DNA from: the human T2T-CHM13v2.0 reference genome, Homo sapiens
NCBI RefSeq assembly: GCF_009914755.1
Contig: NC_060927.1
Direction: 5' to 3' (one strand)
Length of the DNA stretch: 64,000 bases
Part shown: piece by piece, positions 1 to 14,697 of the stretch
Position numbering within the stretch: position 1 is the stretch's first letter
How the letters are laid out: every line of letters begins with the position of its first letter
The notes under the pieces: model-generated
The model's input: only the letters and a program-made list of their open reading frames with translations
What the model was told of the DNA's origin: nothing
The model's database searches: none
Made by a program: the position numbers and the translations under genes

Positions 1-2540
1 CAAATTTATAGAGGAAATTTTGTACATGATCAAGTTGCCTACAATTAAAAGTAAATTATTTTTGTCTTTCTAAATACTGAGCTTTGATATTAAAAATACA
101 CTAATACAAAAGTATAAATTTGGTCTCCTATATTAGAATAGCAAGGTTTTCCTAAAATGTTAATCTACTCAGTAAAACTTGCAAGAGGTTTTGATTTAAT
201 TCTAAAGTCTGTTTTTTAAAAAATAAACTTTTCAACCATCTCCTAAACTGTGGATTTACTGTTACCAGCAATGTTTTTCTTGATTCTATACTCTTGGCTT
301 CTCTTGATGTGTCTAAATTTTTCTATGTAAGCAGGAAATTTCCCATGCTTTTACTAAAAGCCATGTATTTCCCTACTTAAGGTACTACTTTTCTTGTTTG
401 CATTCTTCTATAATATGAGATACACTAATGACCTTTGGACACACAACTTTCCTATGTCTGATTAAATTCAAGTACCTTTTCATCAAGTTTGACTTCCAGA
501 TTGCCTAAATGAATTTCTCATAAAGAGAAGCATCACACTACAGGAGGTATTTCTGAAGCCTCTTTGGTAACTGGCCTAAAAAACAGATTTTTATGTTTTA
601 TCAGAATAATTTCCTATGTTGTCTTTATTGATTACTTAGGAAAACTGAGATTTGAAAGGGTTAAGATATTTGAAAATATATATCCATGAAATGTCTGTGT
701 TACATTTAAAGCCTTTGGTTATCACTCTGGTTAAATACATGGCTATTACTTCATAGTGACTTGTGATACTATTTTGATCAGGTGTTTTAAATATTTTGGC
801 ATCTTTGACAGACTTCCTCAGTATCAAAATTGTAAGTTAAGTCTTTCTGATCTAAAATTAACTTTGGGATTTTCCAGTTGAGCCCCTGGAGAGCCTCAAA
901 GGGTATATTTCTCATCTTGTAAAAATATTGAATGAAGAGGTTTATTTGGCAAATTGTACGGAAAACATTTTCAAATGAAAAGTAATGCTATATTTTCTTT
1001 TGATTACATTTATGAGTATGTTCTTAATATAAACATCCCCAAATTATATAAAACTCTTAAAAATCTAACATGTCATCAGTCATAATTCTGGTTATGATGT
1101 TGATTGCCACATAAATAACCCAATTTCCTTGTCAATTGCTGATTGTAATGAACTTCCATCAGATTTTTAACGATGCTATTCTAAGTCTCTGTCATCTAGT
1201 TTTAATTCTTCTCTAAAAGCATTTACAGTCAGATTCATGGAAAAGACTCTAACAAGTATGCTTAAGTATAGATTCTAATAACTTTGAAACCAATGTACTA
1301 AATACAAAATTTTCTAAACGCTAATAAATAACTGATACATTCATAAAACTGAATCAAAATCAAGCAAAACAAAAATTAGATGATATTTTAACTGATGAGG
1401 TTAATGTTTTTAAATGAAGGCTTTCATTTAAAACAGAGTTTATGACAAGTTTGTAAATCATACTTTTGTGAACAAAGGTAAGAACACTTACTTTTTCTCC
1501 CTACTTGATCCTTCTAAAATTCAGAAACTATTTTTGAATATTCGTAGGGTAATATGGTTATTTACATAAGTTCAATAAAAATCAATTGTCTTTTTATAAC
1601 AGGATACAATTGGAAACATTGGTTATATTACCAGGGTTTTGACTGAAATATCATATTTCAAAATGTACATAAAATGCCCGACTTCAAGGATTCTCAGCCT
1701 TATAGTAAGAAAATAAAAATTGTCACTTTCTGACAGATCCAGAAATCTTTTAAGACTGTAGATGAAATCTAAAGTCAGCCTTGGTTTGGCTCTCTAGCCT
1801 CAAGAGGTTTTTAAATCTGAGATTCCTATGTGATCAATGTAAAGGAAAAGTTATCTCTTTTAAAAAAGCTATATTATGTCTGTTATTAGATTGTTATTAG
1901 AATAAAGCTCTACACATTGTTTTCAAGTTCTTGCTATCTATCAATAGACTAGATTCTGAATTCTTCTAGATTCCTCAAATTCATTTTTTTCTACAAAATT
2001 ATCAAAAATGGAAACTGCTCCATTCCTGAAGCTCTAGGAGCTAAAATTAGATAAACTTTAAGGGATAAGTCTTCCATTTGATGTATGGGCCACACAAAAA
2101 GTTCACCAAACCGCACAATGCCATAACCAGAGATATTCAACCTCCAAACAAGATGAGAAGTTAATGGTTTCATGCTATAGATATGGCTTTTCCAAAACCA
2201 TCTGAGCAAGACTCCATATCATGAGACTCTTACTCCTCTTAATCCCTACCTTTTTCACGTGGGAAGATAATAGTATAATTAAAATTTTACAATCAATAGC
2301 TTCTGCTGGTAACTTGACAAAACCTGACCTAACAGATCCTTTAGTCTACTTAGTGGGTGACTTTGGCAACATCCCTAATACAACTGTTGTTCACTTTCTG
2401 CTTTAGTTCAACTCAGTCATGAGATACTAGAAAATAAAATTATATTATTGGTTAAATTTTTAAAGTCTGTGCTATTGCTAGTGCTACATGCTGTAACTGG
2501 ATAAATTTATCTGAGAAAGGAATATACACAAAATTTAAAA
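1..2540 (+). mobile_element. ERV1 internal fragment, MER4-group-like non-autonomous element (runs off the left edge; no 3' LTR seen)
   Basis: Long AT-rich non-coding segment resembling MER4-group internal sequence, ending in recognisable gamma-type env remnants (signal-peptide-like start at 2221, CX6CC at 2468-2494). Confidence 0.75.
2221..2520 (+). pseudogene. Degenerate, internally deleted retroviral env remnant
   Basis: MRLLLLLIPTFFTWEDNSIIKILQSIASAGNLT resembles an EnvV-like N-terminus; KVCAIASATCCNWINLSEK (2462-2518) carries the TM-subunit CX6CC motif in another frame. Confidence 0.7.
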
Positions 2541-3981
2541 TATTTAGGTCACATCTATTGCCTTTAAAATTGCCTGGCCACTGCTTCTACCATTATTATT
2601 CATACCGCATTTCGTTGCAGCTTGTCTAAACAATGCTGGGCCAATACTGTGCTGCTCTTTAGCTGCTCCGCTTTGCCAAAAATTGCTGTGCCTCTGATAC
2701 ATCCGTTCTCCTGATGTGGCAAGATCAGCTTGCATTTTCTGCTAAACTCTTCTTCCTAACCTATGTGCTATATTTCTGTATATGGGTCCTAAAACCGTGT
2801 TATTTTACACTACCAGTTTCTTAAGAAAACAGTTATTTCTGATTTGCAGCTTTCTCTCCAGGCAAAACTTGTTTACCAGAATCTTTGGATCACTGTTTTT
2901 TTTGTTTTTGTTTTTTTTTTTTTTTTCAAGCATCCTTATTGGGAGAATAAACTGAGGAATAGATAATGTTCTATACTCAAAATTATCCCCTTCTAGGATG
3001 CACCCATGGTAAATGGACCACATGCACATGTCTGAATCCCTCTTTCAATAGGAATGCTCTTCCAGAAAGCCCCTCAGCACGACGGGCTTCCCGACTCTCC
3101 TTCCATTCATGCTCAGCTGTTCTAGCTCATATTTAACAAAACCGTTGAAAAAGCTGCATGTAATCCTCATTCTATCATGTGGAATCAGTTGCTACCAATT
3201 AATTAATTCCTTTTTTTTTTTGCAAAGTACTGAGTTTAAGGGTGATTTATCATATTGTTTTGGATAGTTTTTAGCTCAAATGCATTCTAAATGACAACTG
3301 TGGACAATAGTCTTGTTATACCGGGTAGCTAGTGCCTCCTAAGGAATGATGCTATAAGCCTTTTATTCCTCCCTCCTTCACTCCCTGTCTCATTCCTTCC
3401 TTTTCCTCCTTCCTTACATTTTTCTTCTTTGGATAAATAGTTTGTTGAAAGCAGCAGAATTCCACATTAGCCTTGTCAGCCATATGAATGGTTAACATGG
3501 TTGCCTCAGTATGGAGTCGTCTACCACCCTGTGAGTTGCTTTTTCCTTGGTTGGTGATGGATAACTCCCATATGCTAGAATCTGTGGGTCATCACTATTA
3601 TTGTGGCAATGCTGAAAGATGTCAGTGTTTCTTCCGAGGCTGAACTTCACCCTCTATGATGTGTTTCTCAATCTTTCTTTCATTATCATGCTCTACTTCC
3701 TGCCCACTCAAACCCCTAGAAGCCTTTTTAACTTTTTATTCCCTAATCACTTCCCTTCTCCCCCACGAAATTTTAATACCGTAGATACGCTACATATCTG
3801 TTTATGCAGTGTTGTCTGCCAACCATTGCAATAAATAAGTTTTATTTATTTCACCACTCCTTCCTACCTCTGCTAAGAACCATTTTTTACCCATGGGGCA
3901 ATATTAATCTTCATAGAGGATTTATGCTTTCTGAAAAAAAAAGCTCAGATAATATTGTCTTTTTTCTTCTTTTGGGGGAAA

Positions 3982-4181
3982 GGCAGTTTGATATAATAAA
4001 AAGATTAGAGACTTGGGAGTCAGAGAGATGGGGGTTCTGTTTTTGCCATTACCAGCTGTGTGATCTTGGGAAAACATCTCAGAATCTTATTTCATAAGCA
4101 GTAAAATGTAGGAAAGTATACTTAACTCATAAGGCTGTTTGGAGATTAAATTTAGAATTCCTGTGCGATCTTTGGCATAGT
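3982..4181 (+). mobile_element. MIR SINE
   Basis: gagtcagaga...ttaccagctgtgtgatcttggg...gtaaaatg...ggagattaaa MIR core. Confidence 0.75.
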
Positions 4182-4575
4182 GACACTCACATAAGTATAA
4201 TTCCCTAGTAGTTACTCTAGGTCATATTGGTCAACTCATCAATTTCTCAATGCCAATTACCTTCTGTCTTCTTGAAATCGTATTATTCCTGGATTAATTC
4301 ACACACTATCTCATACTCATTTCCATAAGATGTTACAACTTAATATAGATATTCTTCAAACTGGTTCATTTTCCTTCTGGAAGGAAAAACAGCTTGTATT
4401 TAGTTAGAGCTCACAGAACCCAGATCACGTCATGTAGAAAGTCAAACAGAAAGCATACTCTGTAGGTTAAGGAAAAAATTCCACAGGTATTCATATTTCC
4501 TGGGTCTGGAATTGAACAATAACTTCTTAGATCTTTGCTAGAAATTTTGGAGTCTGCTCAGTAAAATGGACACTA

Positions 4576-4918
4576 TGGTAGTCCCCCCTTATCCATGGGG
4601 GATACATTCTAAGACCCCCAGGATACTCCTGAAACTGTGGATAGTGCCAAACCCTACATAAACTATGTTTTTTCCTATACATACATACCTATTATAAAGT
4701 TTAATTTATAAATTAGGCTAAGTAAGAGATTAACAACAATAATAATAAAATAGAAAAATTATAACAACATACTATAATAAAAATTACGTGAATGTGGCCT
4801 CTCTCTCTTTCTCTCTTAAAATATCTTATTGTACTGCACTCACCTATTTTCAGACCTAGGTTGACTGTGGGTAACTAAAACCTCAGAAAGTGAAACCTTG
4901 GATAAGGAGAGACTATTG
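4576..4918 (-). mobile_element. MER44A (Tigger7-derived MITE), full length
   Basis: TIRs (t)ggtagtccccccttatcc ... ggataaggagagactattg, TA to the left, ~340 bp, internal sequence matches recalled MER44A consensus in reverse. Confidence 0.9.
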
Positions 4919-4963
4919 TGATTCTAGGAGTTCTTGAGAGTATGCCTTTTAAACCTTCTTAAT

Positions 4964-5129
4964 CCTTGCTACTCAGACTTTGATTCGTAGACCAGCAGCT
5001 CCAGCATTCCCTGGGAACTTATTAGAAATGCAGACTCTCAAGTCACACCCAGGAACTACTGAATCAGGATCTTCATTTTAATAAGGTTCCCAGCTGATCT
5101 GTATGCATTGTAAAGTTTGAGAAGCACTT
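4964..5129 (+). mobile_element. MER5A1-like hAT-Charlie MITE
   Basis: gctactca...gaccagcagc...ctgggaacttattagaaatgcaga...ctactgaatcag...aaagtttgagaagcact. Confidence 0.85.
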
Positions 5130-5296
5130 TGCATAATCACTTTTCTTCCTCTAGCTGCATCCGATAATCTTTTAATTAACACTATTTGCAAATATTATTA
5201 CCTATTCATACCTATTAGTGCTATTAACTAAATACTAAGCCCAGCCTTCATCAGTAAATCTTGTCCTGTAAAAGTTGTACACTGGCCACACACATA

Positions 5297-5810
<514 letters not shown>

Positions 5811-6941
5811 GCATTAAACTATTTAATTTAGAAAGGATCTTGCTCTTTCTTATTCCTTTAATCGTAATGAGAGTTGCTGGTCACTGTGCAGGTATATTTG
5901 ATGGGTAGAGAGCTCAGGCAATGTACACAAAGCCAGTTTCTTAGAATACTTACTCATCTCACTGTAATGTTTTTAATATTTTCTCTGATGTTGTAACCCT
6001 ACTCTGGGAAAGAACATGTGAGACTGGCTGAGGCTGCAGAAAATGTATTGCAGTACTCATTAATGAAGGGGAGAAATTTTTATCACTTAATCCCTCTTTA
6101 ATCAATGACCACTGCCAAAACAACTAATGTTTATTATATTTATAACTTCTTTTGTAAGTATGTAGGGGAGGGGAGTGTTAAAAATCCAGATCCATCGCAT
6201 TGCTTTGAAGACAATTTCAAAGTATGTCTTACCTAGCTGTATATACTATTTTGTAAATGCTGGGCAGTAAATGGTTAATTCATAGCCATAGCATTTTCCC
6301 ATAACATTTTGTGCTACAATTAAGGTATCAGGTAAAACGCATTGAAAGTCTTTCAGAAATTGATGCACAAAGCAGAAAACACATTAATAGGAGTACAATA
6401 GACAATTTTAGAGATAGCAGATCATCTTTCCCATCTTGCTTGAGAAACAGATGCTGAATAACCATCATATTACACAAAGTGTCCTTCAGAAACACTAAAT
6501 GTAATTAGGAGTAGCTGTTCCTTGGAGAAGAAAATAGCATAATAATAAGAGGGTTGGTGGCACATATGAAATGGAAGAATTACATAATCCTCTGTATATT
6601 TAATGCTACATAAAAGGTTTTTATGTCCAATGAGAGAGCCCATCAGATAAGAGAGCTTGGTAAATGAGCACATTTGACATTGAACCATGTTGAGGGTCAA
6701 TATTGAGATTTTGACTTTATTTATTGTTGTTATTGTCAATTTTTATAACAAACATTGAACTATTGATTACATGGGGGGCATTATTTTTTTGTTTTTTAAA
6801 GAATGACTTCTTTTAACTTTTATTTGCCTTTCAACATTACAGCCACCATTGGGGTTTCTTAGATAACAGAACTAGACTTAATCAGTAGAAATTATGAAAA
6901 TAAGAATAATTTTGAGTGTCTGTCTATATCTATTATCTAGC

Positions 6942-6946
<5 letters not shown>

Positions 6947-6987
<41 letters not shown>
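6947..6987. repeat. (TC)~20 microsatellite
   Basis: Perfect dinucleotide run. Confidence 0.98.
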
Positions 6988-6993
<6 letters not shown>

Positions 6994-9884
6994 CTACCTA
7001 CCTAGCTATCTTTCGGAAGGAACTAAAGATTCCTCCAAGGTCCCTTCTCCACTTCAAGCCAATTTGATTCGTAAGATTCTGAGGGCATTTCTGGAATCTA
7101 TTTTAAAGGTAATATGGCAGCAAAAAGGAAAATGTAATAATACCACAGGAAGTAATACAGGGCCGAGTCAAGAAAGCTGTGGGTCATAGGGAGCAGATGG
7201 ACTATTTAGGAACAGACCTAGGAAGGAGACTATAAGGCCAGAGAAGGGATTTTCCATCATTAGTTGTTTATGGAAAGTGAGTAAAAATACTCTTATGCAT
7301 CATCCCAGTTCCCATGATGTTTTGAGTGTCTTTTCTATAAAGAGACTGTTATAAGAGGTAAGATTACTAGCAGTACATCCAAGGGACTGCAGCTGGTTTA
7401 CCTAATCCTTTATACTGTGATTGGTAAAAATCACACAAGGTCCAGGGTAAGTAATGAGGCTGACATATCTTTAGGTGCATCTTTGTTACAAGTTTTGGAT
7501 CAGCTTTAAAGAAATTGTCCTTACTTTGGCTAAACAAAGAGACAGTGTTTTATCTTTTTATTTTCTAAGGTACGTGTCTTTTCTTGTCCGCAGCTTATCA
7601 AACAGAACAATTACATCAGCCTTTCAGATTTTTAAGATGCTAGGCTTTATACCTTCCAAACAACACTTTTTGTCACCAGTGATGTTTACAGTAAGACTAA
7701 TAGTGGGGAGCTTAACAGAGAGTTCTTTCATGGCCTCTCATATGACCTTGCTCCCTGGCTATCAGCGTGACCGAATAGACCCCAGTACATTATTGCTGAC
7801 ACGGCTTCATTCAAACTGTAGAGATGAGACGTCTCCATAGGCACACCAACTACAAATATAAACATCTGTTGGGTCTATGCAGAAGATAAAGTAACCTCTT
7901 AACAAAACAAAACAAAACAAAAACCCAAACATATGGGTAAGGTGTAGATCTAAGGAAGCTCGAATAAGACATTTTAAAGTTGGGTTTTTAATTAGATTGG
8001 GTTTGCTTAGAACATCCTTAGAGGGGTCTACTAGGTGAATTTAAAAATAGAAGTATGATAAGATTGGGTAATATTAAAAAGGAGACAGAGCAATGAGATT
8101 GAGACTCATAGAGAAATTTAGGACACTTTGCTAACTGTATATAGAAAGTAGCTTTGGAAAAGTACATAGAGTTTCTCCTACAGTTCTTGGCAGTCTTCCA
8201 AAATCAGAGTCAGAGTTCTTTGAATTTGGAAAGAGGGGATTGTTTAGAGATAGGGTGTCTATGGGGCCTCTGGGCAATAGGAATACTTTGCTTTTCAAAC
8301 AAGAGGTGATATGGCTCTGGCATATCCATATATAGTTAGGTATCAGTGTGTTGTCACAGGGAGTACTTTAAGACAGAGCCATGCTAGAATTAAGAATGGT
8401 TAATCTAAGGAATGGAACCTACAGATGAGGGTGCTAAAACGGTTCTGGAAGAGAAAAAAGAGAAGCCAAACTAAAAAGAGACCAGCGTAAGTAGCTGAGG
8501 CTATAGAAGGGCTCATGGTTTATAAAGAAATAGAAACTGAAAAAAAGCAATTACAAAATAAGCTGCACTGCAAGTCCACACAGCTCTATCAGAGGCTATA
8601 AATGCTATTAAACTCATGGGGTAGTTTAGTTTTATACAATAAGGAAATATTGCTTGCTCTTACTTAAATCTGATATTATTCGCATCATTTAATTGCTAGT
8701 TTTCTAGGAGAGGGTCAACAGTAAATGGTTAACATTAGTGGCATTAGCCCTCAGCAAGCCTTGACCACTGAAAAAAGTAGTGGGTAACTTCCATTAAAAT
8801 CAAAGTGGCAGGCAAAACCTCAGAATGCTTTCATAGGAAGGGGTTGGAAAGCACAAGTGCCGTCACTGAGGACCATCCTATCAAGATGAGCAGCATACTG
8901 TGTTTCTCTTTTCTTCCTTGATGCCTGGTACAATGCATGACACATAGTTTTTGTTTTGTTTTGTTTCGGCAATGATTTGTATGTGTGTGCGCCGTATGAT
9001 GGGTCAGCTTAATGATTTCTTGTTAATGCTCAACTGAAATCTTAGTGTAATATCCTTTAAAATGTTCTTTGTGTTCTCTCCGCTGCCCTCCCCGCAACAA
9101 CACATTTAAAATGGGAAAGCTATAAATAAAAGAAAAAGGAAAATAAATTAGAGTACCAAGTAAAAAGATAAGAGAAACCCCAAGTAAGAATAAATTTCTG
9201 GATAAGAAAACAAAATCGCGTGAGTAATAGCAGGAGCATTACATAATTAAACATGATATTTAAAAGTGGGGCAATGGGGTAAATTGGAACACATGTGTTT
9301 GGCAAAAGGAATTCATTTGTATGCAGAAATCAGGATTTTCATCAACTGCTCTTATAGTAAGTCTAAATTTCCATCTTTTGCCTTTGTACTTTTCCATTAC
9401 ACACAGGACATTATAACCAGATCAGCGGGGCAGCCAAGAGAGCAGAATTTATATTTCTAAATGAAAGTTGATAGTTAATAGCCTAGCTGCATAATGAGCC
9501 ACATTTCTTGTGCAGAGTCCAAGCTTACACTGATTGCCCAAGTCTAAACAGTGACCCTCCCAAGGCTGATGATTTCCTCAGTAATCCCAGATGGCCCATG
9601 CTATGTGAGGCCCAATAAATCAACCCTATCTACAATATTTTTGCTGGAAACAGGGAGAAGCAGCCACACTGGGCTTTCTCTGTGACAGTGAGGGAGGCAC
9701 GATATATACAACTTAGCTTACAGCAAGTTTCCATTCATAGAGGTGTCAGATACATTTAAACCACCTTGCAATTCATATTTTAAAATGAAAAATTTACCTT
9801 AGCATAGATAATTTGTGTTTTCTTGAACAATGGAGGATGCAGTGATGAGAAATACAGTAATTGAGGGTGAAATTCCTTGTAATG

Positions 9885-10120
9885 GTGATAGCTTATGTTT
9901 ATTAAGTGCTTTCTGGGAGCAAAGCATTAGGTTAAGCCCCTTCCATGCATTATACCATTTAATCCTAACAAAATTCTGATGAGTTAAATACCACTGTAAT
10001 TCATATATTAATGAAACAGAAACTGAGGTTTATAAAGGTTAAATAACCTGCTCAAGTAGCAGAGCCAGGATTTGAACCCTAATCTTGTCTGATGCTAAAT
10101 CCCATGCTTTTACCACAGTA
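9885..10120 (-). mobile_element. MIR SINE (MIRb-like)
   Basis: tttattaagtgct...catttaatcct...gaaactgagg...aggttaaataacctgctcaag...gcagagccaggatttgaaccc. Confidence 0.85.
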
Positions 10121-11498
10121 TATTTGCTTTGCTTCAAAATATAATTGGGCAAAAGAAACCTAAAATTTGTTTGTAGGATCTCTCTGGGTAATGCTTTAAT
10201 ATCTTGTATCAATATAACATGCCTGTTCTAGAATTCAGAGAATTCTAAGACTCATCTTGTTGAATCCCTTCTGCTCCCGTATGGAAAAGAAGAGAATAGG
10301 GGATGAACATTCTTCAGTGGTAAATGACTATCATCTTTGCCTCTCACATTTGACCTATCTCTTCAGGCTCATGATAAATGCCATCTTCCCTAAGTAAACT
10401 CTTCCAGAACTACACTCCCACCAAAGTAAATATTAAGCATTTTTTCCCATGCTGTCCCCACCATGCTTTATGGATATTATTCTCTTCTCTGCACTTCTCC
10501 ACAGATTTCTAGGGGACAATGTCTATATCTTACTCACAGCTTTATTACCAAAACGTAATGACAGGCCAAAAAGAGATTCTGGAATTGAACTCAATCTTAT
10601 TTAGAATATTCTGCTTCTATTTCATCTACTTTAGTGTTTTTGTTTGCAATTTTAAAGTGCCCAAGAAATGAGAGGAAAGAACAAAGGCCAACTCAGTTGG
10701 TCAATTTGTACAAAATAACTTGAGCCCTGGCCAGGTGTCTATGCTGTTGAATTATTTGTCACATGGTTCCCAGGTGAGAGTACTCTGATGATTCTGTTCC
10801 AATTCATCACAATAGGGTGGAGAAGTACCACAGAGCACAAATTGTGCTGATGATGGTTGTTCAGTGCATCATCCTTCATATTTGCCAGAATTAATTCAAG
10901 CAGTCATTCAACGAACATCATTTGTACATTGAACAACATTAAGTTGGAGAGGGATTAGAAGACATGGTTTTCAGGAGAGGAAAATTACACAAATGAACAT
11001 AATGGCAGAAGTCTGTGTTTTCAAAGACTTATTTTCCATTAGAGAAAACGTAGAATTTTGCTCCCTTATATATTTAGTATTTATTTTGTTTGGCTTATCA
11101 CAAAAGCAATTTTTATATGGATAACACTTGACAGTTTACAAAGCACTTCCACACTCATTTATTGTTTCACTTAGTTTTCAAGATAGATCCTAATCAGCAT
11201 CCTGCTGATGCTGAAAACCAAACACACTTTGTTATTTCTTGCATCCAGATTGTGGGAATTAGAGGCAACCACTGAATGGCCATGCTAAATTAAGGTCATG
11301 CTGATGACATAGAGAAAATGCTATTCTTTGGTTATAGATATTAAAAGATGCATTTCCTAGGCTAGACTTCTATATCTTTATAAATCAGCCCCCAGTTCCA
11401 TTTTTAGCTCATAGCCTAAGGAAAACAATAAACTATCTCCTGCCTTAAAAAACAGCCACTTGAAATCACAACAATTATTTCATGCTAGGTCACAACTT

Positions 11499-12130
11499 TA
11501 ATTTTTAATTTTTATTTTATGTTATTTTTTATTATTTTACTTTAAGTCCTGGGATACATGTGCAGAACATGCAGGTTTGTTACATAGGTATATGTGTGTC
11601 ATACCGGTTTGCTGCTCCTCTCTACCCATCATCTAGGTTTTAAGCCCCGCATGCATTAGTTGTTTGTCCTGATGCTCTACTCCCCTCGTACCCCCACCCC
11701 CTGACAGGCCTCCGTTTGTGTTGTTCCCCTCCCTGTGTCCATGTATTCTCAATGTTCAATTCCCACTTATGAGTGAGAACATAGGATGTTTGGTTTTCTG
11801 TTCCTGCATTAGTTTGCTGAGGATGATGACTTCCAATTCATGGGTTGCACAGTTCCATGGAAAAAGCACGGTTACCTAGGATGGGTAGCATGCTTGCTTA
11901 ACACCTCCCTTAGCTGGGGGATGGGGGATCCCCTGCCCCTTGTGGCTCTCAGGTGGGCCGCCACACCACACTGCTCTTCCTTTCTCTTAGTGGGTCTCAC
12001 CAGCTGCCTAGTCAGTCCTGATGACAGAACCTGGATACCTTAGTTGCTGGTGCAGGATTCGCAAGCTGTTTTAGTTCTTTTCAGTGGGAGCCTCTGACCA
12101 CCACTGCTTCTAGTTGGCCATCTTGGCCCC
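11499..12130 (-). mobile_element. L1PA8-like element with ~5.8 kb internal deletion (5' UTR start fused to 3' end)
   Basis: 11499-11834 is an L1PA 3' end in reverse (poly-T, ttttaagccccgcatgcattag); 11830-12130 is the L1 5' UTR start in reverse (ggggccaagatggccaactagaagcag); flanking ggtcacaactt / gatcacagctt. Confidence 0.9.
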
Positions 12131-13294
12131 GATCACAGCTTGTTATTGTGATGCTGTCTGCCCATTATGATGCTGCACCTCAGGCCATTCCTGCACTGTA
12201 TTATAACCAACCATCATCAATAAATGTAAGAAAACAGGGCAGAATATTTTTTATTACGGTTGTGTTGTTTTTAAAAAAGAAAAGTAGAAGGCAAATAACA
12301 GACAAACAGAAAAAAGCTTTTGCACATAAATGGCTTGTGCTTTTTTTCCGTAATAAAAGCACCCAAATCAGTTTCCCTCTAATGGGAAAAGTTGATTGTG
12401 TTTTAGAGAATGGCACATGGCTTCAAGGATCAGTTAAGTGAATTTTATTAGGACCCAAATGGGTGATAGGAGATTAATGTTTGCCTTCTTGAGAATAGCT
12501 GTGCCAGCTTCCTCCCAAGAAGGAAGCATGATGTAACTCGTTAAATACAGACAGTCAAGATGAGCTCCTCAGCCAGCTGGCCCCTGAGTTTCACACACCC
12601 CAGGAACTGACAGTGCAACCATATCCCACTTAATAAGAATGCAGTCTTACTTTTAAGGATGGCTCTAGGCCTGGTCATTTCCCTTTTGAAATGGCAATTG
12701 ACTCATAAAACCTTAGGAAAAAAAGTGTTTTGGAAGGAAATCAAAAAGTTAAGGCATATACTTGCTTAACAGTGAATGTTCTCCAAAATAAAAAATGTCC
12801 CATCAATACAATTAGTACCAAAATATTGCCCACCACCAAAGTCCTAGTAAGAATGCAGAAATATTGGCAAAGAAAAGGTGACTCAACACCTTTCATTAAA
12901 AGAGGAAAAGCTAAAAGTAGTTACCTAGGCTTTTGATTCATCTGTTTTCTTCTTCTAGGACCAAGGAAACTAAAGGCTATGAAGTGCTATCAGTTGAGCA
13001 GATGAATCAGAGATTCACCTCATAAAATATCAGTTAAAAAGTAATAATTAAGTCATTTCTGTTTTAAAACATAATTTCCTATAGGAGGAAGGATATTCTG
13101 AAGATGGTGACAATTTCTCTCTGACTGGATTCAGAAAAAATAAGCTGATAAAGCATAAGCAACTTAGATTAGAATAAGGAAGACTTTCTTGATGAGGAGA
13201 GAATGCCCAATGGTTGAAGGGAAAAGTCTTGAAAAATTGACTATATTTTCTGTTGGAATGGGTCTAGTTGCAGTTCTGATAGGTAGAGTTGAAG

Positions 13295-13641
<347 letters not shown>

Positions 13642-14697
13642 TAAATCTTCTTAAAATTAACATTTTTGTTATGAAATAACTATACTGACATGCAGTTGTA
13701 GGAAACAATGCAGAGAGGTACCACACTTTACACAATAACTCCCAATGGTAACGTTTTGCAAAACTGTACTACAATATCTCAACCAGGATCTTGATGTTGA
13801 TACAGTCAAGACACAAAACAGTTTCCTCACCACCAGGCGGTCCCTCTCGCACCCTTATAGTCATACTGACCTTATTCCTCCTTACCTGTTCCTGACCCTT
13901 GGCAACAACTAACTTGTTCTTCATTTCTAAAGTTTTGTGATTTCAAAAGTGTCTTATAAATGGAATCATACAGTATGTGACCTTTCAGTATTGGTTTTTA
14001 TTTTTATTTTTTACTCAATATAATTCCCTGGAGATTCATCAAAGTTGATGTGTATACCAATGTTTATTCATTTTTATTGCTGAGTAGTATTCTTTAGTAT
14101 GGATGTACTGCAGTTTAACCATTCACTCATTGAAAGAAATCTGAGTTGTTTACAGTTCTTGGTTACTATGAAAAAAACTGTTAGAAACTTTCATGTACAG
14201 GTTTTTATGTGAAAATAAGTTTTCATTTGTTTGGGTTAAATGTCTGGGATTGCAACCGTTGAGTTATACGGAATTTTCACATTTAGTAGAAAACTTTCAA
14301 ACTGTTTTCCAGAGTGGCTGTACCATTTTACATCCTCCCCCACCCCCACAGCCATATATGAGTGATCCTGTTTCTCTGCATTTCTATACACCAGCATTTG
14401 CTGCTGTCACTCTTTTTTAATTTAGCTATTCTGATAGGTATATAGTGGGCTGTTACTTTGCATTTCCCTGATGATTAATGAGATTGAACCTAATTTCAGC
14501 TTATGTGAATACCATCTCTCTAGTCCCTTTGGCTAAATGTTTGTATGTGTCTTCTGGCCATTTTCTAATTGGAATATTTATTGTTGTTGTTTTTTAACTG
14601 TTGAGTTTTGAGAGTTCTTTATGTATTCTAGTTACTAATCCTCTTTCAGGTATGTAATTTCAAAATATTTTCTCCCAGTGGGTAACTTGTCTTTTCA

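Noticed and set aside
7475-7840. 121-aa ORF in unique DNA
   Set aside because: GTG start, no recognisable homology or matching splice structure; within chance expectation
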